A DNA stretch of 64,000 nt from NCBI GenBank assembly GCA_002633005.1, contig NMRA01000480.1:126941-190940 (forward strand). The letters run 5' to 3'. A model generated the notes under the pieces. It saw only the letters and a program-made list of their open reading frames with translations. It was not told the DNA's origin and did not search any database. Shown here one piece after another: positions 60,678 through 64,000 of the stretch (its first letter is position 1; each line of letters begins with the position of its first letter). The translations under genes and the position numbers were made by a program. The DNA is from Phoronis australis. Lineage: Eukaryota > Animalia > Phoronida.

Positions 60678-61997
60678 AACTAGAAAAATTATCGTCACGG
60701 CGTGACAATAACGGACTCTGCGCGTGCGTGTTACTGGAATTATTATGGGAAGTTACTGACAGCAACCCGTTTACCAATATGATAAGGAATTCTTTAAAAT
60801 TGTAGGAGAAATTATATATTAATTTTTTGATTACCTTTCCACTAATTGACCTCTTCCGGTGCATTATGAGCCCCGATGAGGGAGTAATTGTTAACTTGAT
60901 TAAAAGTGTGGTTAATGATAATAATCACAGATGTTTTACTTTAAGCACTTCAGAATACAAGATGAATCAAGTGGTCAAACTTTCAGAAGAAAAATGCACT
61001 TAATGACCCCATGGGAGCACCAAATGAGCTGAAAATTTAGAATTCAAACTCAATCGCACTTAGTAAACAGATACGTAATTCTGAAGTCTTTAGCTCAAAA
61101 TTTTAGTTTGCTCTCGATGACCTTTGACCTATTTTTTCTGATTGGTTAAGCCTATTGCAAAGTAAAGTAGGGTATTCAATTGGCATGTTGCCTTACACCA
61201 GTGTGCTGAAATTGAAAAGAATTCTTTGAAAAACGTAAGATATAACATTTTGAACGTTACATGACCTTTGCACTAATTGACCTTATCCGGTGCATTTTAA
61301 GCATCTTTAGGAGAATTATTGCAAAGCCCATGAAAAATGTTGTTAACGCTGAGAATCACAGTTGTCTAACGGATGACACATCAGAATACTCGTTGATTGA
61401 AAAGGTCTAATTTTCAGAAGAAAAATGCACCTAATGACCCCATGTTTACACTAAATGACCTGAAACTTTAGATTCCGATTTCATTTACCTGTGGCAATCA
61501 GACCTGTCAATTTGAAGTGTCTAGCTCAAAATTTTAGTTTGCACCTAATGACCTTTGACCTATTTCACCTGATTGGATGAGCCGATTACTTAGAAAAGTA
61601 ACTTTTTATATTGTCATGTTGACTTATACCTGTGCACCGAATTTGAAAAAGATAGCTTTAAAACTGAAGGAGGAGGAGTAGCATTTTGAAAATTATATGA
61701 CCTTCGCACCAAACGACCTTTTCCGGTGCATTATGGAATATGAATATATAATGAATCGAACTTTATATACTGCCTAACATCATTTTTTAAATTTGAAGAA
61801 CATACCTGCAACCATTTTGGAGTTATTAAGCGTCAAAGTTGGTCGGAAGATGAACAAGAAGAAGAATAAGAAGAAGAAGAATAAAATTGAAGAAAACCCA
61901 GGAACAACAGTACTCTGCGCTTACACGCGCAGAGTAATAAAATTGAAGAAAACCCAGGAACAACAGTACTCTGTGCTTACACGCGCAGAGTAATTAA
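60678..61997 (-). mobile_element. Second Helentron-associated (HINE) family, full length
   Basis: Minus strand: 5' actctgcgcgt subTIR in a hairpin, (ttc)n microsatellite, ~433-bp central repeat with tgacc motifs (60841, 61272, 61708), 3' acgcgcagagt, hairpin ttattgtcacg/cgtgacgataa and ctagtt end. Confidence 0.8.
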
Positions 61998-62625
61998 AAG
62001 TTAACCTTGTAATAGAACCCAGTCCAGTACTTCGTGTTGCTGGCAACGTAGGCCTACTGTGTATTTGCTAATTGCTACGCTCTTTGCGGACTGTCCCACT
62101 TTTTTAATTTTCCACCATTCTACCTCACCATCTAAAGGTCTGACTCGTTTTTCGACGCACGGGTAAATTGACATACTATCATGTACTATTGGAATCCCTC
62201 GTGACAAAGCCATGTTTTCCCCGCTCGACTAAAATGGAGTTTTAGTGTTATTAGGTATTTTCCAAAATGTTTACTTTCCGCCATCATCAGTTTGGCACTC
62301 AACGTGTGACGCTATTACCGTATGTTAATGTCAATCAAGGAAAGAGTTCAGTAGATGCGAGAGTATTACAGAAACACGGGATCTTTATTGTCTAATATAT
62401 CATACAGTTTCAACAAAATACGTGGTTGAAATTTCTTGGGCTTGTACGCACAACCCGGAATGGCCCAGGGTTTTGTCTGTCACAGGCCATTTAGTAACCA
62501 ATAACTTCTATTTGAATCACGTGGGTAGTAGTATAGGAGAGTTCACTTGTGAGTTCGCTGTTACCGCTACTACTAGCGCCGCCAAGTGGTGAACAAGCAA
62601 CTGTCAACCAGGAAGCGCCAAGACA

Positions 62626-63645
62626 ATGGGGGAAGGACGCATTTTGCATAGCGATAAATTTCATGAATTCATCCACGAAAACCCCAGACGTGTCATTTTT
62701 TAGGTTTCATAGGGATCCAGAAAGGTAACGATTATCTGTTATTCAATAAAATGATACATTGGCTTTCATTTTGTGTGTTCTGTTCACGGTTGTTAGACAA
62801 GTCGATCACAGTCCCGTTGCCACTGTTCTGTTGTCTGCAGTGTGGGCTAGTCTCAGGTTAGGCCTTCACAAGTTATCCGTGACGTCATCTTGTGAGGCCC
62901 GGGAACCAGGTTACAGTGTGGGCTAGGCCTACTGTACATCCGGGCTGCCGGCGGAAGGACTATGATGAACGTACGATGCGATCGTCAGCTTTTTGGATAC
63001 TTGCAGTCCATCAATTCCAAATCAAAATGTCACCCGTACGATCGCAGGGACAATTTTAGGAAAACATACCCATGCCCATGATGGCCATGAGTAATATGAC
63101 TGGTGACACAGCCATGGCACAATCACAGCCACAGGGCCACTAAGTCGGTCATGAGTCAAGTTAGCGAATCTGTGGGTCTCGGTGAAAAGGTGAAAAATCC
63201 GAACATAATTTTAATGTGCCAGTTGGACCAATTAAGTTAAGCAGTGCGTCATTGAAAACTTAATTCTATGTGTCAATGATGCGGGGGCGCGGCCCTGTTA
63301 AAATATCCGTGGATCAACATTTGAGTCCGAGTTTTTTTCAGTTGACACCAAAACGCTTTTGTCTCTATCACAATCACAGTGCGACAGGAATTCTGTAGTG
63401 TAGGCTACCAGTCTTCTGTGAACCTAGTGAGTATGAGGTTTGTTCCTGAGACTCTCAGTCATTGATTTCTGTTCAGGTGCAAGTGCTGGGAGCTGACCTT
63501 ATGAATAGAGATGCAACCTATTTGTCCAAGAACCGCAAGTTATGCTCTCATCACTTCGAGGAGTCCATGTTTATGAATGAAGAACAAGCTGGTATTGACT
63601 GCACTGCCCGAACAATATTTGATGTCCCGAATCCACCAAAAATGA
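62626..63645 (+). pseudogene. Spliced THAP domain of a THAP12/PRKRIR-like hAT transposase; exons 62626-62724 and 63477-~63645
   Basis: AFCIAINFMNSSTKTPDVSFFRFHRDPER, gtaacg donor; gttcag acceptor, CKCW..ADL..LSKNRKLCSHHFEESMFMN..TIFDVPNPP; frameshifts and Cys-to-Phe loss. Confidence 0.8.
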
Positions 63646-63675
63646 AGATGTCAGGGTCAAAAAGTTCTCCGGAAA

Positions 63676-64000
63676 TTATATTACAGCTCTGGAATAGGCT
63701 TTTTTGCATTTCTGATTATCGTCTCACAAAGCAAGTACTGGAACATCACGTGTAGAAAGGGCAATTAGTCCGCAAAATCTGGTTTTCGTATTTTACTAAG
63801 GTTGATCGGATTGAAACATTTTATGAATGGTTAGCCTGTGATTTGGAGAGGGCCAAAGTGAAACTGATGGATCATTCAGAGTCTGAGTGGTGGGCTGAAA
63901 TTTTGTTAAAGGCGAAGGCAACCTTTTTTCATGTCATTTTGAGCTAAAATAAGGTTGGTTGGTTATCCTAGACATATTTTCCACGTAATTACAGCTTTTT
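63676..64000 (+). mobile_element. 3' ORF2 fragment of the same LINE family as 35600-37650
   Basis: atattacagctctggaata...cgtctcacaaagcaagta (ILQLWNRL..RLTKQV) matches the reverse complement of 35908-35969. Confidence 0.75.

Noticed and set aside
63462-63755. Novel THAP fusion protein ORF
   Set aside because: Chance in-frame junction of a broken THAP exon and a LINE fragment; the start lies in an intron.

Overview
Eukaryotic, AT-rich invertebrate genomic DNA (animal; repeat types suggest a lophotrochozoan such as a mollusc, which is inference). The only host gene I can support is the 3' two-thirds of a + strand SLC6 (Na+/Cl- neurotransmitter:sodium symporter) gene of the GABA/taurine/creatine/betaine subfamily. 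It has ten GT-AG coding exons from 9446 to 57508 (1309 coding bp, phases consistent, ending ...MYESAI*). The 5' exons lie upstream of the window. The introns are packed with mostly decayed and often nested transposons: Gypsy elements with the Gmr1-like integrase-before-RT order, solo LTRs with exact TSDs, a near-complete Tx1/L1 ORF2, a second degraded LINE family, a Penelope 3' end with a hammerhead-like motif, Kolobok non-autonomous elements, TA-TSD CCGTA-ended elements (one carrying a HIRAN-like ORF), Helentron-associated (HINE/DINE-1-like) elements, tRNA-derived SINEs, THAP/hAT relics and many minisatellites. The most interesting candidates are co-oriented CTCF-like motif arrays carried by the HINE family, the HIRAN cargo, the unusual TM10 of the transporter and a possible alternative C-terminal exon. 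All calls come from reading the sequence by eye; no searches were run.
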